Shown: piece after piece, positions 48,758-57,605 of the stretch
Numbering within the stretch: position 1 is the first letter of the stretch
How the letters are laid out: every line of letters starts with the position of its first letter
Assembly: GCA_025457615.1 (NCBI GenBank)
Contig: JALOTZ010000003.1
Span: 81,614 to 145,613, forward strand
DNA: 64,000 bases
From: Verrucomicrobiota bacterium
GTDB taxonomy: Bacteria; Verrucomicrobiota; Verrucomicrobiia; Limisphaerales; DSYF01
Direction: 5' to 3'
Program-made: the position numbers and the translations under genes
The notes under the pieces: generated by a model
Told to the model about the DNA's origin: nothing
The model's database searches: none
The model's input: the letters and a program-made list of their open reading frames with translations, nothing else

Positions 48758-49381
48758 TCAGGGTTGCGCGTACTTGGGGTGGCGCGGGCCGTAGAGCAAT
48801 CCGTTGGGCTTGATCACCAGCTGGCCGTTCGCCAGGCGCGCCACCTCGTGGGCGGCGTCGGTCGATTGGCTGATGGCCTGGCCCACGAGCGCTGTCACCA
48901 CGTCGAGGATCGAGCCCTGTGCGGAGTTTTGTTCGGATATCACCCCGCCCTCCCACAGCAGCAATCCCGTCTCGGTGTCCACGAGTTTGGCCTGAGCGTC
49001 AACCACGGTCCTGCTGTTGATGATCTGGTACTTGGTCCCGTACTGCCGGACCGTCACGTAGAGAACCGCGTCCGGCCCCAGGATCTCGCGGAACTTGCTG
49101 AGGGGCACCTGGTGCATTTCGCCCGCGCTCGGCAAGCCGTTCTGCTTGAGGAAATAGTCCACCACGGCGACCGGATAGACGTAATAGCCGTGCTCGGCAA
49201 TGGGCCGGGTGACGGTGGACAGGCAGCCGTAGGTGGCCCCGACGTCCGTGGACTCATTCAGAGGCGGCAGGACGAGGATGGATTTGGGATAATGCGCCCG
49301 ATAGAGCGAGTAGTCGCGCGGGGTGGCGCATCCCGCAAGCAGCACGACGAGCAGCACAACGCGGAGATGGATTCGGAACAC
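48758..49381 (-). CDS. DUF799 (GNA1162-like) lipoprotein
   Basis: 207 aa. The lipobox is LLAGC, with ILVLPPLNEST and LYVTVRQYGTKYQ. Confidence 0.75.
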   Translation of the reverse strand: MFRIHLRVVLLVVLLAGCATPRDYSLYRAHYPKSILVLPPLNESTDVGATYGCLSTVTRPIAEHGYYVYPVAVVDYFLKQNGLPSAGEMHQVPLSKFREILGPDAVLYVTVRQYGTKYQIINSRTVVDAQAKLVDTETGLLLWEGGVISEQNSAQGSILDVVTALVGQAISQSTDAAHEVARLANGQLVIKPNGLLYGPRHPKYAQP

Positions 49382-49396
49382 GACGGCCCTCCCTTC

Positions 49397-49750
49397 TCAT
49401 TTGCCTTCAACGGCTGTGAGGTTGATCAGCAACCGGTCCATGAACACGGTCGATTCCGGGAAGAGCGCCTTCTCGGTTTCGAACTCGTGCCGGGCCGCAT
49501 CCAGATGGCCCGTTTCGTAGTAGAGATAGCCCAGGTGGGCGTGGAACCCGGGCGGAACCGCTTTGCCGTGGGCCTGCGCCTTCTGGAAGTCCGCCTCGAG
49601 CACTTCGATCTGCCGCTCGGGCGGCGCTTTGTCGGGCGCCCGATACGAAGTGTAGATGACCTCTTCGTAATGCCCCCAAGAGTAGAGGGATGGAGCGGTG
49701 CACCCGGCGAGCAGGGCGGCCACAGGCAACCCTAGGACCAGTCGCAGCAT
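49397..49750 (-). CDS. DUF4810 lipoprotein
   Basis: 117 aa. The lipobox is LLAGC, with a TPR-like YLYYETGHLDAARHEF. Confidence 0.7.
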   Translation of the reverse strand: MLRLVLGLPVAALLAGCTAPSLYSWGHYEEVIYTSYRAPDKAPPERQIEVLEADFQKAQAHGKAVPPGFHAHLGYLYYETGHLDAARHEFETEKALFPESTVFMDRLLINLTAVEGK

Positions 49751-49751
49751 G

Positions 49752-50435
49752 TCACTCCTTGGATGGCTTCCACTTCCCTTGCTCCAGCCCCTCCACCAGC
49801 CGGTTGACCGCCTCCCGGATCGCCAAGTCCAGCACCTTCCCGTTCAGCGTGGAATCGTAACCTGAGGTGCTGCCGAACCCGAGGACTTCCCGGTCGCTGA
49901 GGACGTACTCACCCGCCCCCTGTGTGGAATACACGACCTCCGATGTCGTCACGTCCACAACATTCAGATTCACCTTCGAATACGCTGTCTGCTTCTTGCC
50001 GCTGCCGGCGATGCCGAACAATTGCACGTCCCCGGTCTCCTTGCGTCCGAACTCCGCCACATCGCCGGTGATGGCGAAGTCCGCCCCTTTCAGTTGCGCC
50101 TCGGTGCCCTTCAGGGCGGCTTCCCGGGCGATTTCATCCAGGTTGTCGCGATCCACGACGACGAAGCGTCCGGTTTGCTGCAGGTGGGTGATCAGGATGC
50201 TCTTGCCCTGGCCCCCCAGGCGATCTACGCCGTCCGAGAACAAGCCGCGCATGTAGGACGACCGATTCGCGAATTTGCCGACCATGAGAGTGCTCTTGGA
50301 CCCCGAATAGGCCGTACCCGCGGAGGTCACCTCCGCCGGTTGCACGGTTTTGTGGGTTTCGACGGCTTGGCAGCCAGTCAGGAGGACAGCGACCGAAACC
50401 ACCGACAATCCCAGCAACGGATGTGTGAATGTCAT
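49752..50435 (-). CDS. CsgG/HfaB-family lipoprotein
   Basis: 227 aa. The lipobox is LLTGC, with MVGKFANRS and FVVVDRDNLDEI. Confidence 0.8.
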   Translation of the reverse strand: MTFTHPLLGLSVVSVAVLLTGCQAVETHKTVQPAEVTSAGTAYSGSKSTLMVGKFANRSSYMRGLFSDGVDRLGGQGKSILITHLQQTGRFVVVDRDNLDEIAREAALKGTEAQLKGADFAITGDVAEFGRKETGDVQLFGIAGSGKKQTAYSKVNLNVVDVTTSEVVYSTQGAGEYVLSDREVLGFGSTSGYDSTLNGKVLDLAIREAVNRLVEGLEQGKWKPSKE

Positions 50436-50628
50436 GATGTTCAGTTAGCACTCCGCGGGATGTCTGTAAACACCCATGGCTCCTGGTGCATCAGGGTCTT
50501 GTTCTTCGGACCTGCAAGTGCTTGAAGTGCATGGCGTAAAAGTCGGGCTAAACACGAGACGTGCTTTCTGCTCTCTTCAGTCTGGATGAAAACGTACTCT
50601 TCTACCGTGCCGAGTTCTGCGGCACCCC

Positions 50629-50933
50629 GACCTGCTGCACTGCCAGCGGTCGCTGGCCCGGACGATCGTGCAAAAGGGTGGCAACTATCCCAGCCAGATC
50701 AAAGGCAACCAACCCAAGCGGCTCCAACCAGCGCAAGGATTGGATGGGTTGAACGACACCCCCTTTTTGTCCACACCCAATCCGGTCACGGCCTGGTGTA
50801 AACCTGGTCCCTGCACGCCTTCCCCATCGAACCGCTCCAAGCCGACTTTCCCTATGCCTGCAGCCTGATTGTCGTGCGCAGCCAGCGCACGATCAAGAAG
50901 AGCGGTCAGACCAGCACCGAATCGCGCTACTAC
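50629..50933 (+). pseudogene. Degraded ISAs1-family (H-repeat-associated) transposase remnant
   Basis: DLLHCQRSLARTIVQKGGNYPSQIKGNQPKRL resembles the DAMGCQ...GGDY...KGNQ core. After a frame change, IVVRSQRTIKKSGQTSTESRYY resembles the ...R...T.E.RYY block. Both the N-terminus and the C-terminus are missing. Confidence 0.5.
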
Positions 50934-51041
50934 CGGGTGCGGGTTGTCGGCCGACACGGCATCCGGGTTCGAGGTCGTTCTCCACCCTGCGTCCGGGCGT
51001 TCTCGCGCCCCGGCGTTGAATTTCAGCGGCGGCGTTCCGGA

Positions 51042-51572
51042 TCAGAACTGGTCTTCCTTGTCCTTGAACAGCACGTTGAAGGTGGTGAGGGAGCCGTAGC
51101 TGCGCGTGATGTATTGCTGCATCTCGACCTTGTCGGCGTCTGAGAGGGCCTCGTGCGCGTTGAGCTTCTGTTCGAGGACGCGGAGGTTGTTGCGGACCAT
51201 GACGACCTTGTGAAAAAAGGTTTCCAGCGGCACCTCCTTGGTTTGGAGCGTGGGGTCGGAGGGGTGCAGCACCAGTTTCCCCTTGTGCCAGCGCACGCCC
51301 AGTTGGGCGTTCACAGATTCGGGCCGCTCGAGTCCCAGCGCCTGGACTGTGGCGGCGGCGGTTTCGGCGATGAGATCCTTCAACGGGAGGGCCAAGCCGG
51401 AGACGTGCGCCCGGGCTTCCGCGGGTTCGAGTCCGGCGGGTTCCGGAGCCACAGAGCGTGTGGCGTCGGTGAATTCAATCTCGGCGGCGGTGGGAGTGAT
51501 GGAGCGGACGATGCCGAGGCCGTATTGCGGATGGCGCACCTGCATGCCCAGGTGGAGGGATTCGATCTTCAT
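51042..51572 (-). CDS. Hypothetical protein (176 aa)
   Basis: A clean ORF with protein-like composition. The N-terminal GMQVRHPQYGLGIV is a Tudor/DUF3553-like knot, and the C-terminal part is helical. I recognised no family with confidence. Confidence 0.5.
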   Translation of the reverse strand: MKIESLHLGMQVRHPQYGLGIVRSITPTAAEIEFTDATRSVAPEPAGLEPAEARAHVSGLALPLKDLIAETAAATVQALGLERPESVNAQLGVRWHKGKLVLHPSDPTLQTKEVPLETFFHKVVMVRNNLRVLEQKLNAHEALSDADKVEMQQYITRSYGSLTTFNVLFKDKEDQF

Positions 51573-51741
51573 GGCGGCAGGCTAGCAGATCCTGCCTGGA
51601 GTGAACACCTTGGAAACGCTTGGAAGGCGGACCGGACCTCGGATCGGAAGGCGTGTGCCTGGGCCGGGAGGCCGGGAAGCCCGCCGGAATTCGGCCTTGC
51701 CAGCGGGGCGGGCCGTTGGGCAGCATGACACTCCCGGTTGC

Positions 51742-51816
51742 GCGCGGTTAGCTCAGTGGTAGAGCACTTCCTTGACACGGAAGGGGTCAGAGGTTCGAAC
51801 CCTCTATCGCGCACCA
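51742..51816 (+). tRNA. tRNA-Val (anticodon GAC), CCA encoded
   Basis: Cloverleaf: acceptor GCGCGGT/ATCGCGC (one G-U pair), D stem GCTC/GAGC, anticodon loop TTGACAC, T stem AGAGG/CCTCT. Confidence 0.95.
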
Positions 51817-51824
51817 TCTCCCTG

Positions 51825-53705
51825 ATGAACACATCTGGCAGTCGGTACAAACTGACCCTGGCGGTGGGGGCCTTAGGGGTGGTCTATGGGGACATTGGGA
51901 CCAGCCCGTTGTACGCTCTGCGCGAGTGCTTTACAGGCCGGCACGGAGTCCCCACTTCTCCGGAGAACGTCCTGGGAATCGTCTCGCTGGTCCTCTGGTC
52001 GCTGACCTTGATTGTCTCCCTCAAGTACCTGGGCCTGATCCTGCGGGCCGACAACAAGGGTGAGGGCGGCATTCTGGCGCTGCTCTCCTTGGGCATGCGC
52101 GGTCGGGAAGGCACGCGTCCGACCGGGGCCCTGCGATGGCTGGTGCTGGCGGGGTTGTTTGGTGCCGCGTTGCTCTACGGGGACAGCATGCTCACACCTT
52201 CGCTCACCGTGCTGGGCGCGATGGAGGGATTGGAGGTGGCGACGCCGCTGTTCAAGCCGTACGTGGTTCCGCTCGCCATCCTGGTCCTGGTGGCGCTGTT
52301 CAGCATCCAGCGGTTCGGCACCGGCCGGGTCGGGGGTATCTTTGGTCCGGTGATGCTGGTGTGGTTTGCGACCCTGGCGGTGCTGGGAGTGCGCGGCATC
52401 CTGATTGCGCCGCAGATCCTGGAGGCGTTCAGCCCGCATCACGCCGTGCTCTTTCTCGTCCGGCACGGATCCATGGCATTCGTGGTCCTGGGCGCAGTTT
52501 TCCTGTCCGTGACCGGCGCGGAAGCTTTGTACGCGGACATGGGCCATTTCGGTCCCCGCCCGATCCGGCAGGCCTGGTTCGCGCTGGTGTTTCCCGGGTT
52601 GAGCCTGAACTACCTCGGGGAAGGCGCGTTGTTGCTGTCCAATCCGGAGGCGGCGCGGAATCCCTTCTTCCTGCTGGCGCCCACGTGGGCGGTGTTGCCG
52701 TTGGTGGGACTGTCCACGCTGGCGGCGGTCATTGCGTCGCAGGCGATGATTTCGGGCGCCTACTCGCTGACGATGCAGGCCATCCAGATGGGGTATCTGC
52801 CGCGGATGCACATCGAGCACACGTCGCACTCGGAGCGCGGACAGATCTACATGCCGCAAGTGAACGCGTTTCTGCTGCTCACCTGTATTGGATTGGTGTT
52901 GGGTTTCAAGTCCTCGAGCGGATTGGCCGGCGCGTATGGAATCGCGGTTTCGCTGACGATGCTGATCACGAGTCTGCTGTTCTTTGCGGCGGCGCGGCGG
53001 GTGTGGAACTGGAGCGCCTGGCGGGCGGGGTTGGTGTGCGGCGTGTTCCTGGTGGTGGAACTGGCTTTCGCCGCCGCCAATGGCTTGAAACTGTTGCAGG
53101 GCGGCTGGTTCCCTTTGTGCGTCGGGCTGGGGATCTTTGCGTTGATGACGACCTGGTGGAGGGGGCGGGATTCCCTGCGAGCCAGCCTGGCGGACAGCTA
53201 TTTGCCGTTTAATCTCTTCCTCGAGGACCTGGTTCGTCGCGACATGCCACGGGTTCCGGGGACGGCGGTGTTTCTCTCCGGCAACCCGACCGGGACGCCG
53301 ATTGCCCTGTTGCACAGCCTGAAGCATTACCGCGTGCTGCACGAGCGCATGGTGATACTGACCATCCTGACGCAGGACCGTCCGTTTGTGCCGGAGGCGG
53401 AGCGGCTGAAGGTCGAGGCGCTCACGGCCGGCATCCACCGGGTGACGGGCCTTTACGGCTTCATGGAACAGCCGGATGTGCCGCGCCTGATCGAGGCCTG
53501 CCGGGCGCGCGGGTTGGACCTGGATCCGGATCGCATCACGTATTTCCTGAGCCGGGAGACGATTCTGGCGCGCAAAGGCCCCGGCCTGGCGCGGTGGCGC
53601 CGCGGGCTGTTCGCCGCGATGGCGCGCAACGCCCAATCCGCCGCCGCCTTCTTCCAATTGCCCCCCAACCGCGTGGTGGAACTGGGAATGCAAGTCGAGG
53701 TCTGA
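51825..53705 (+). CDS. kup: Potassium transporter Kup
   Basis: Start MNTSGSRYKLTLAVGALGVVYGDIGTSPLYA. The upstream extension of ORF 51738 reads through the tRNA and is spurious. Confidence 0.9.
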   Translation: MNTSGSRYKLTLAVGALGVVYGDIGTSPLYALRECFTGRHGVPTSPENVLGIVSLVLWSLTLIVSLKYLGLILRADNKGEGGILALLSLGMRGREGTRPTGALRWLVLAGLFGAALLYGDSMLTPSLTVLGAMEGLEVATPLFKPYVVPLAILVLVALFSIQRFGTGRVGGIFGPVMLVWFATLAVLGVRGILIAPQILEAFSPHHAVLFLVRHGSMAFVVLGAVFLSVTGAEALYADMGHFGPRPIRQAWFALVFPGLSLNYLGEGALLLSNPEAARNPFFLLAPTWAVLPLVGLSTLAAVIASQAMISGAYSLTMQAIQMGYLPRMHIEHTSHSERGQIYMPQVNAFLLLTCIGLVLGFKSSSGLAGAYGIAVSLTMLITSLLFFAAARRVWNWSAWRAGLVCGVFLVVELAFAAANGLKLLQGGWFPLCVGLGIFALMTTWWRGRDSLRASLADSYLPFNLFLEDLVRRDMPRVPGTAVFLSGNPTGTPIALLHSLKHYRVLHERMVILTILTQDRPFVPEAERLKVEALTAGIHRVTGLYGFMEQPDVPRLIEACRARGLDLDPDRITYFLSRETILARKGPGLARWRRGLFAAMARNAQSAAAFFQLPPNRVVELGMQVEV

Positions 53706-53710
53706 CATCC

Positions 53711-53755
53711 GACGGATCAGACCGATCGGACGGATCGGACAGATCGAATGAATCC
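53711..53755. repeat. 9-nt tandem repeat x5 (GACGGATCA-like) between kup and the CPA2 gene
   Basis: The units are gacggatca gaccgatcg gacggatcg gacagatcg aatgaatcc. Confidence 0.8.
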
Positions 53756-53798
53756 GCTTGCGCGTTCCTGCGGCCCCAGTCATCCATGGCCCGCCAAC

Positions 53799-55067
53799 AT
53801 GAACCCCGCGGTCATCGAGTTACACGTCAAGCAGGTGCTGATCCAGTGGACGGTCATCGTGCTGGCGGCATGGGCGTTTGGCCGGCTGGCGCAGCGCCTG
53901 CATCAACCGCGGGCGGTGGGCGAGATTCTGGCCGGGATCCTCCTCGGCCCGTCGGCGCTGGGATTGGTGTGGTCGGCGGATTGGCCTGTCCTGTTTCCGC
54001 AGGAGACGCAGCAGTCGCTCCAGTTGCTGGGCAAGATCGGCCTGATCTTTCTGCTGTTCCAGGTGGGGATGGAATTCGATTTCGGCCACCTCCGCACCCG
54101 CTCACGCACGGTGCTGGCGGTGTCCGTGCTGGGCATTGCGGCTCCGTTCGCCGCCGGACTGGCCGTCGGACCGTGGCTCCACCGGAACTTTGCGGCGGAC
54201 CTGCCCTCGTTCGGGTTCGTGCTCTTCTTCTGCATCGCGCTGTCGATCTCGGCCCTGCCCATCATGGGGCGGATGTTGCTGGAGTGGGGGCTGGAACGGA
54301 CGCCTTTGGCGGCGATGGCCATCAGCGCCGCGGCCATGGACGATGTGACGGGCTGGGTGTTGCTGGCGGTGGCAAGCGCGGTGGTGACGGCGGGGTTTGA
54401 CACCACGGCGCTGCTGCTTCAGGTGGGCGGGCTGCTGCTCTTTGTGCTGGTGTTGCAGCAAGCGGTCGGTCCGGGGCTGCGTCGGATCTGGCGCAAGAGC
54501 ACGGCGGGCCAGGCCGAACCGGTCATGTCTCCGGGCTACCTGGTGTTGTTGCTGGTGGCATTGTTCGGCTGCTGTCTGGTCACCAACCGGCTGGGCGTGT
54601 TCAGCATCTTCGGCGCCTTCCTGCTGGGCGTGGCCCTGCACGCCGAGGTCAGCCTGGTCCGGGCCTGGCGGAACCGGTTCTCCGATTTCGTGTTGGTGGC
54701 CCTGGTGCCCATCTTCTTTACGAACACCGGCCTGCACACCGAGATTGGAACCCTGCGGGGCGGCTGGGCGTGGGTCGGGTGCGGGGTGGTGCTGCTGGTC
54801 GCGGTGGCGGGCAAACTGGGCGGTTGCTTCCTGGCCGCCCGTCTCACGGGCCAGAGCGCGCGCGAAGCCGGTTGCATCGCCGCCCTCATGAACACCCGGG
54901 CTTTGATGGCGCTGGTTGCCATCAATGTCGGGCTCGATCTCAAGCTGTTGAACCGCGAGCTGTTCACCATGCTGGTGATCATGGCGCTGCTCACCACGGC
55001 CATGACGGCGCCCTTGATCAAATGGTGGCTGCCGCAGGATCTGCGCTCACGGTTTCGACCAGGCTAG
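53799..55067 (+). CDS. Cation:proton antiporter, CPA2 (Kef/NapA-like)
   Basis: The preferred start is MNPAVIEL, because the start at 53748 would lie in the tandem repeat. Motifs include GEILAGILLGPS, with about 12 TM segments. Confidence 0.8.
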   Translation: MNPAVIELHVKQVLIQWTVIVLAAWAFGRLAQRLHQPRAVGEILAGILLGPSALGLVWSADWPVLFPQETQQSLQLLGKIGLIFLLFQVGMEFDFGHLRTRSRTVLAVSVLGIAAPFAAGLAVGPWLHRNFAADLPSFGFVLFFCIALSISALPIMGRMLLEWGLERTPLAAMAISAAAMDDVTGWVLLAVASAVVTAGFDTTALLLQVGGLLLFVLVLQQAVGPGLRRIWRKSTAGQAEPVMSPGYLVLLLVALFGCCLVTNRLGVFSIFGAFLLGVALHAEVSLVRAWRNRFSDFVLVALVPIFFTNTGLHTEIGTLRGGWAWVGCGVVLLVAVAGKLGGCFLAARLTGQSAREAGCIAALMNTRALMALVAINVGLDLKLLNRELFTMLVIMALLTTAMTAPLIKWWLPQDLRSRFRPG

Positions 55068-55178
55068 GCTGATCCTTGGAGGTCGCCACGTCCCACGAAC
55101 CTGCAGCCGTGAGTCCGCGCACCATGACAGGTCGTTGGGGACCAGCGCCGACTCATGTCAGGCTACCCGGGTTTCGAC

Positions 55179-57605
55179 TCAGCAACACCGCCGGACACCC
55201 TTGAACCGTTGTTCCGTCACTTCGAGGTAAAGTTGTTCCGGGGACTTCGCGCCGGGACGAGCGGGGTGGCCATCGCAGGCCGATGCCTGCTGGTGCTGAT
55301 GCTGGGCGCGTTCGAGATGCGCTTCGCCGGACAGCTCCTTCGCCAGCGCGATCGTCAAGGCGGCCGTGCCGGCGACACCACCGAACTGGCGTCCGCCCTC
55401 GATCACCGCGTAGTCCGGCAGCCACACGGGCTCGCTCTCGTGGAGCACCGCCGGTTTGCGTCGGGCCAGGAGCCACACCCACTCTCGCACGCTCAAGACC
55501 ACGATGACCGAGACCAGGCCCAGGAACGCGGCGGCGACGAAGGCATCCAGACGGTGGTTGAACCGCGTGGTGCGGTTTGTTTGGAGGGCTGTTTCGGCGG
55601 CCTGGACGGACGCGGCATCGCCTCCCGCCCGCGCGTCCGCGACCGCCTGCTTCAGCGCGGGCAATGCTTCGTTCAGTCTGGCCGCCTGAGCCAGGAACCC
55701 AATGCGCGGATCCGGGTGCCCGATCTTCTGAGCCCCGGCGGTGAAGGTGACCGCCAGCAACCACACCAGGGGCGCGAACGTCACCAGCGCGAGCCACGGA
55801 CTGCGCGGGCGAGGCACTGCCCCTGGATGCGTCCGCGCCCCGGACGAGCGCGGAGGATTCGGGGGGGGGGGGACGAGGGAGTTTTTCAGGAGGATCGTGG
55901 TGGCCAGACACAACGCGATGGCGGCGAGCATCTGGTTGGCAATGCCGAACAGCGGCCAGAGCGAGTTGATGCCGCCCAGCGGATCCCGGACGCCCTGGAT
56001 GAGAAAGTGTCCCCAGCCGCACACCATCAGTCCACTGGCCAGCAGGTTGGGTCCCAGCGCCTTGGTGTCGCCCAGCGGTTTCCAGAGGTTGCCCAGAAGA
56101 TCCTGGAGGATATAGCGCGCCACGCGGGTGCCGGCATCGATCGTCGTCAGGATGAACAGGGCCTCGAACATGATGGCGAAGTGATACCAGAGGTCCAAGC
56201 CGCGCTGCCCGACGACATTGGCAAAGATCTGCGCCATGCCCACCGCGAGGGTCGCCGCGCCGCCAGTGCGGCCGAACAGCGTGTGTTCTCCCACAGCGCG
56301 CGCCAGTTCGTCCATGTGCCCGACCGTCACCGGGAATCCGAGCGCGGACACGGTGGCGGCGGTGGCGGCCGGGTCACCCTTGACGTTCATGGCGAAATAG
56401 ACGCCGGGTTCCATGGTGCAGGCGGCCAGGAGCGCCATGATGGCCACCAGCGATTCGAGGCACATCGCCCCGTAGCCGATCGGGCGGGCGTAGCTTTCGC
56501 GCGTGATCAGCTTCGGGGTCGTGCCGCTGGCGATCAAGGTGTGGAACCCCGAGATGGCGCCGCAAGCAATCGTGATGAAGCAGAACGGAAACACCTTGCC
56601 CGCCACCACCAGCCCGGTGCCATCCACGAACCGGGTCAACGGCGGCATCTGGACGGCCGGCAGGACGAGGAAGATCCCCACGGCCAGGGCGAAGATTGTT
56701 CCCAGCTTCATGAACGTGCTGAGGTAATCGCGCGGGGCCAGCAGCAGCCACACCGGCAGCACGCTCGCCGCGAGGCCGTAAGCGATGATCCCCCAGGCCA
56801 GCGGTTCGGCGCCCAGGGTGAACACCTTGGAAAGTGGCGGGTATTCATAAACGAGTTTCCCGCCCCAGACAGCGAGCAGCAGCAACCCGACACCGATCCC
56901 CGAAGCCTCGATCACCTTGCCGACGCGCCAGAACCGCAGGTAACCGCCCATGAACATCGCGATGGGGATGGTCGCCGCCACGGTGAACACGCCCCACGGA
57001 CTCTCCGCCAGCGCCTTCACCACCACCAGCGCCAGCACGGCCAGCAGGATGGCCAGGATGGCCAGGATGGCCACCAGCGCCAGGTAACCCGCCGGGGTAT
57101 TCAACTCCTCCTTGACCATCTGCCCCAATGATTTGCCGTCGCGGCGCATGGACGCGAACAGGATCACGAAGTCCTGCACCGCCCCGCCCAGCGCCACGCC
57201 AATCAAGATCCAAAGCGCGCCGGGCAGGTATCCAAACTGCGCCGCCAGCACCGGTCCGACGAGCGGTCCGGGGCCGGAGATGGCGGCGAAGTGGTGTCCG
57301 AACACGATCCACTTGTTGGTTTTGACAAAGTCCTTGCCGTCGTCGTGGACCTCGCAAGGCGTGGCCCGGCGGTCCTCGAGCAGGAGCACACGGGCGGCGA
57401 TCCATTTGGAATAGAACCGGTAACCGATGGCGTAGGTGCAGAGGGCGGCGGCGAGGATGTAGGCCGAGTGGATGGGTTCGTTCCGCTGCAGCGCCAGCGT
57501 TAGATACGCCAGCGCGCCCAGCGCGGCCACCGCCAGCCAGATCAGGTTCGTGGCGATCCGTTTCACAGGAGGCCCATCAAGGGATGCGGGTCCCGGGTTT
57601 GGCAA
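55179..57605 (-). CDS. cstA: Carbon starvation protein CstA (peptide/pyruvate transporter family) fused to a YbdD/YjiX (DUF466)-like C-terminal tail
   Basis: 808 aa: YRFYSKWIAARVL, FGHHFAAISGPGPLVGPVLAAQ. The tail ...HLERAQHQHQQ...HP...PEQLYLEVTEQRFKGVRRCC ends in the DUF466-type RCC. An alternative GTG start at 57566 avoids overlap with the upstream gene. Confidence 0.85.
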   Translation of the reverse strand: MPNPGPASLDGPPVKRIATNLIWLAVAALGALAYLTLALQRNEPIHSAYILAAALCTYAIGYRFYSKWIAARVLLLEDRRATPCEVHDDGKDFVKTNKWIVFGHHFAAISGPGPLVGPVLAAQFGYLPGALWILIGVALGGAVQDFVILFASMRRDGKSLGQMVKEELNTPAGYLALVAILAILAILLAVLALVVVKALAESPWGVFTVAATIPIAMFMGGYLRFWRVGKVIEASGIGVGLLLLAVWGGKLVYEYPPLSKVFTLGAEPLAWGIIAYGLAASVLPVWLLLAPRDYLSTFMKLGTIFALAVGIFLVLPAVQMPPLTRFVDGTGLVVAGKVFPFCFITIACGAISGFHTLIASGTTPKLITRESYARPIGYGAMCLESLVAIMALLAACTMEPGVYFAMNVKGDPAATAATVSALGFPVTVGHMDELARAVGEHTLFGRTGGAATLAVGMAQIFANVVGQRGLDLWYHFAIMFEALFILTTIDAGTRVARYILQDLLGNLWKPLGDTKALGPNLLASGLMVCGWGHFLIQGVRDPLGGINSLWPLFGIANQMLAAIALCLATTILLKNSLVPPPPNPPRSSGARTHPGAVPRPRSPWLALVTFAPLVWLLAVTFTAGAQKIGHPDPRIGFLAQAARLNEALPALKQAVADARAGGDAASVQAAETALQTNRTTRFNHRLDAFVAAAFLGLVSVIVVLSVREWVWLLARRKPAVLHESEPVWLPDYAVIEGGRQFGGVAGTAALTIALAKELSGEAHLERAQHQHQQASACDGHPARPGAKSPEQLYLEVTEQRFKGVRRCC
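55861..55872. repeat. G12 (C12 on the coding strand) homopolymer inside cstA
   Basis: Counted directly. It encodes the PPPP of LVPPPPNPPRSS, in a loop that I recall E. coli CstA lacks. Confidence 0.9.

Noticed and set aside
51738-51824. N-terminal extension of kup (ORF starting at 51738), and the similar extensions of pheT (to 62864), the M50 protease (to 10991), sufD (to 18388) and the SDR gene (to 44755)
   Set aside because: The extensions read through a tRNA or neighbouring genes and are not conserved-looking. Internal starts match the orthologue N-termini.
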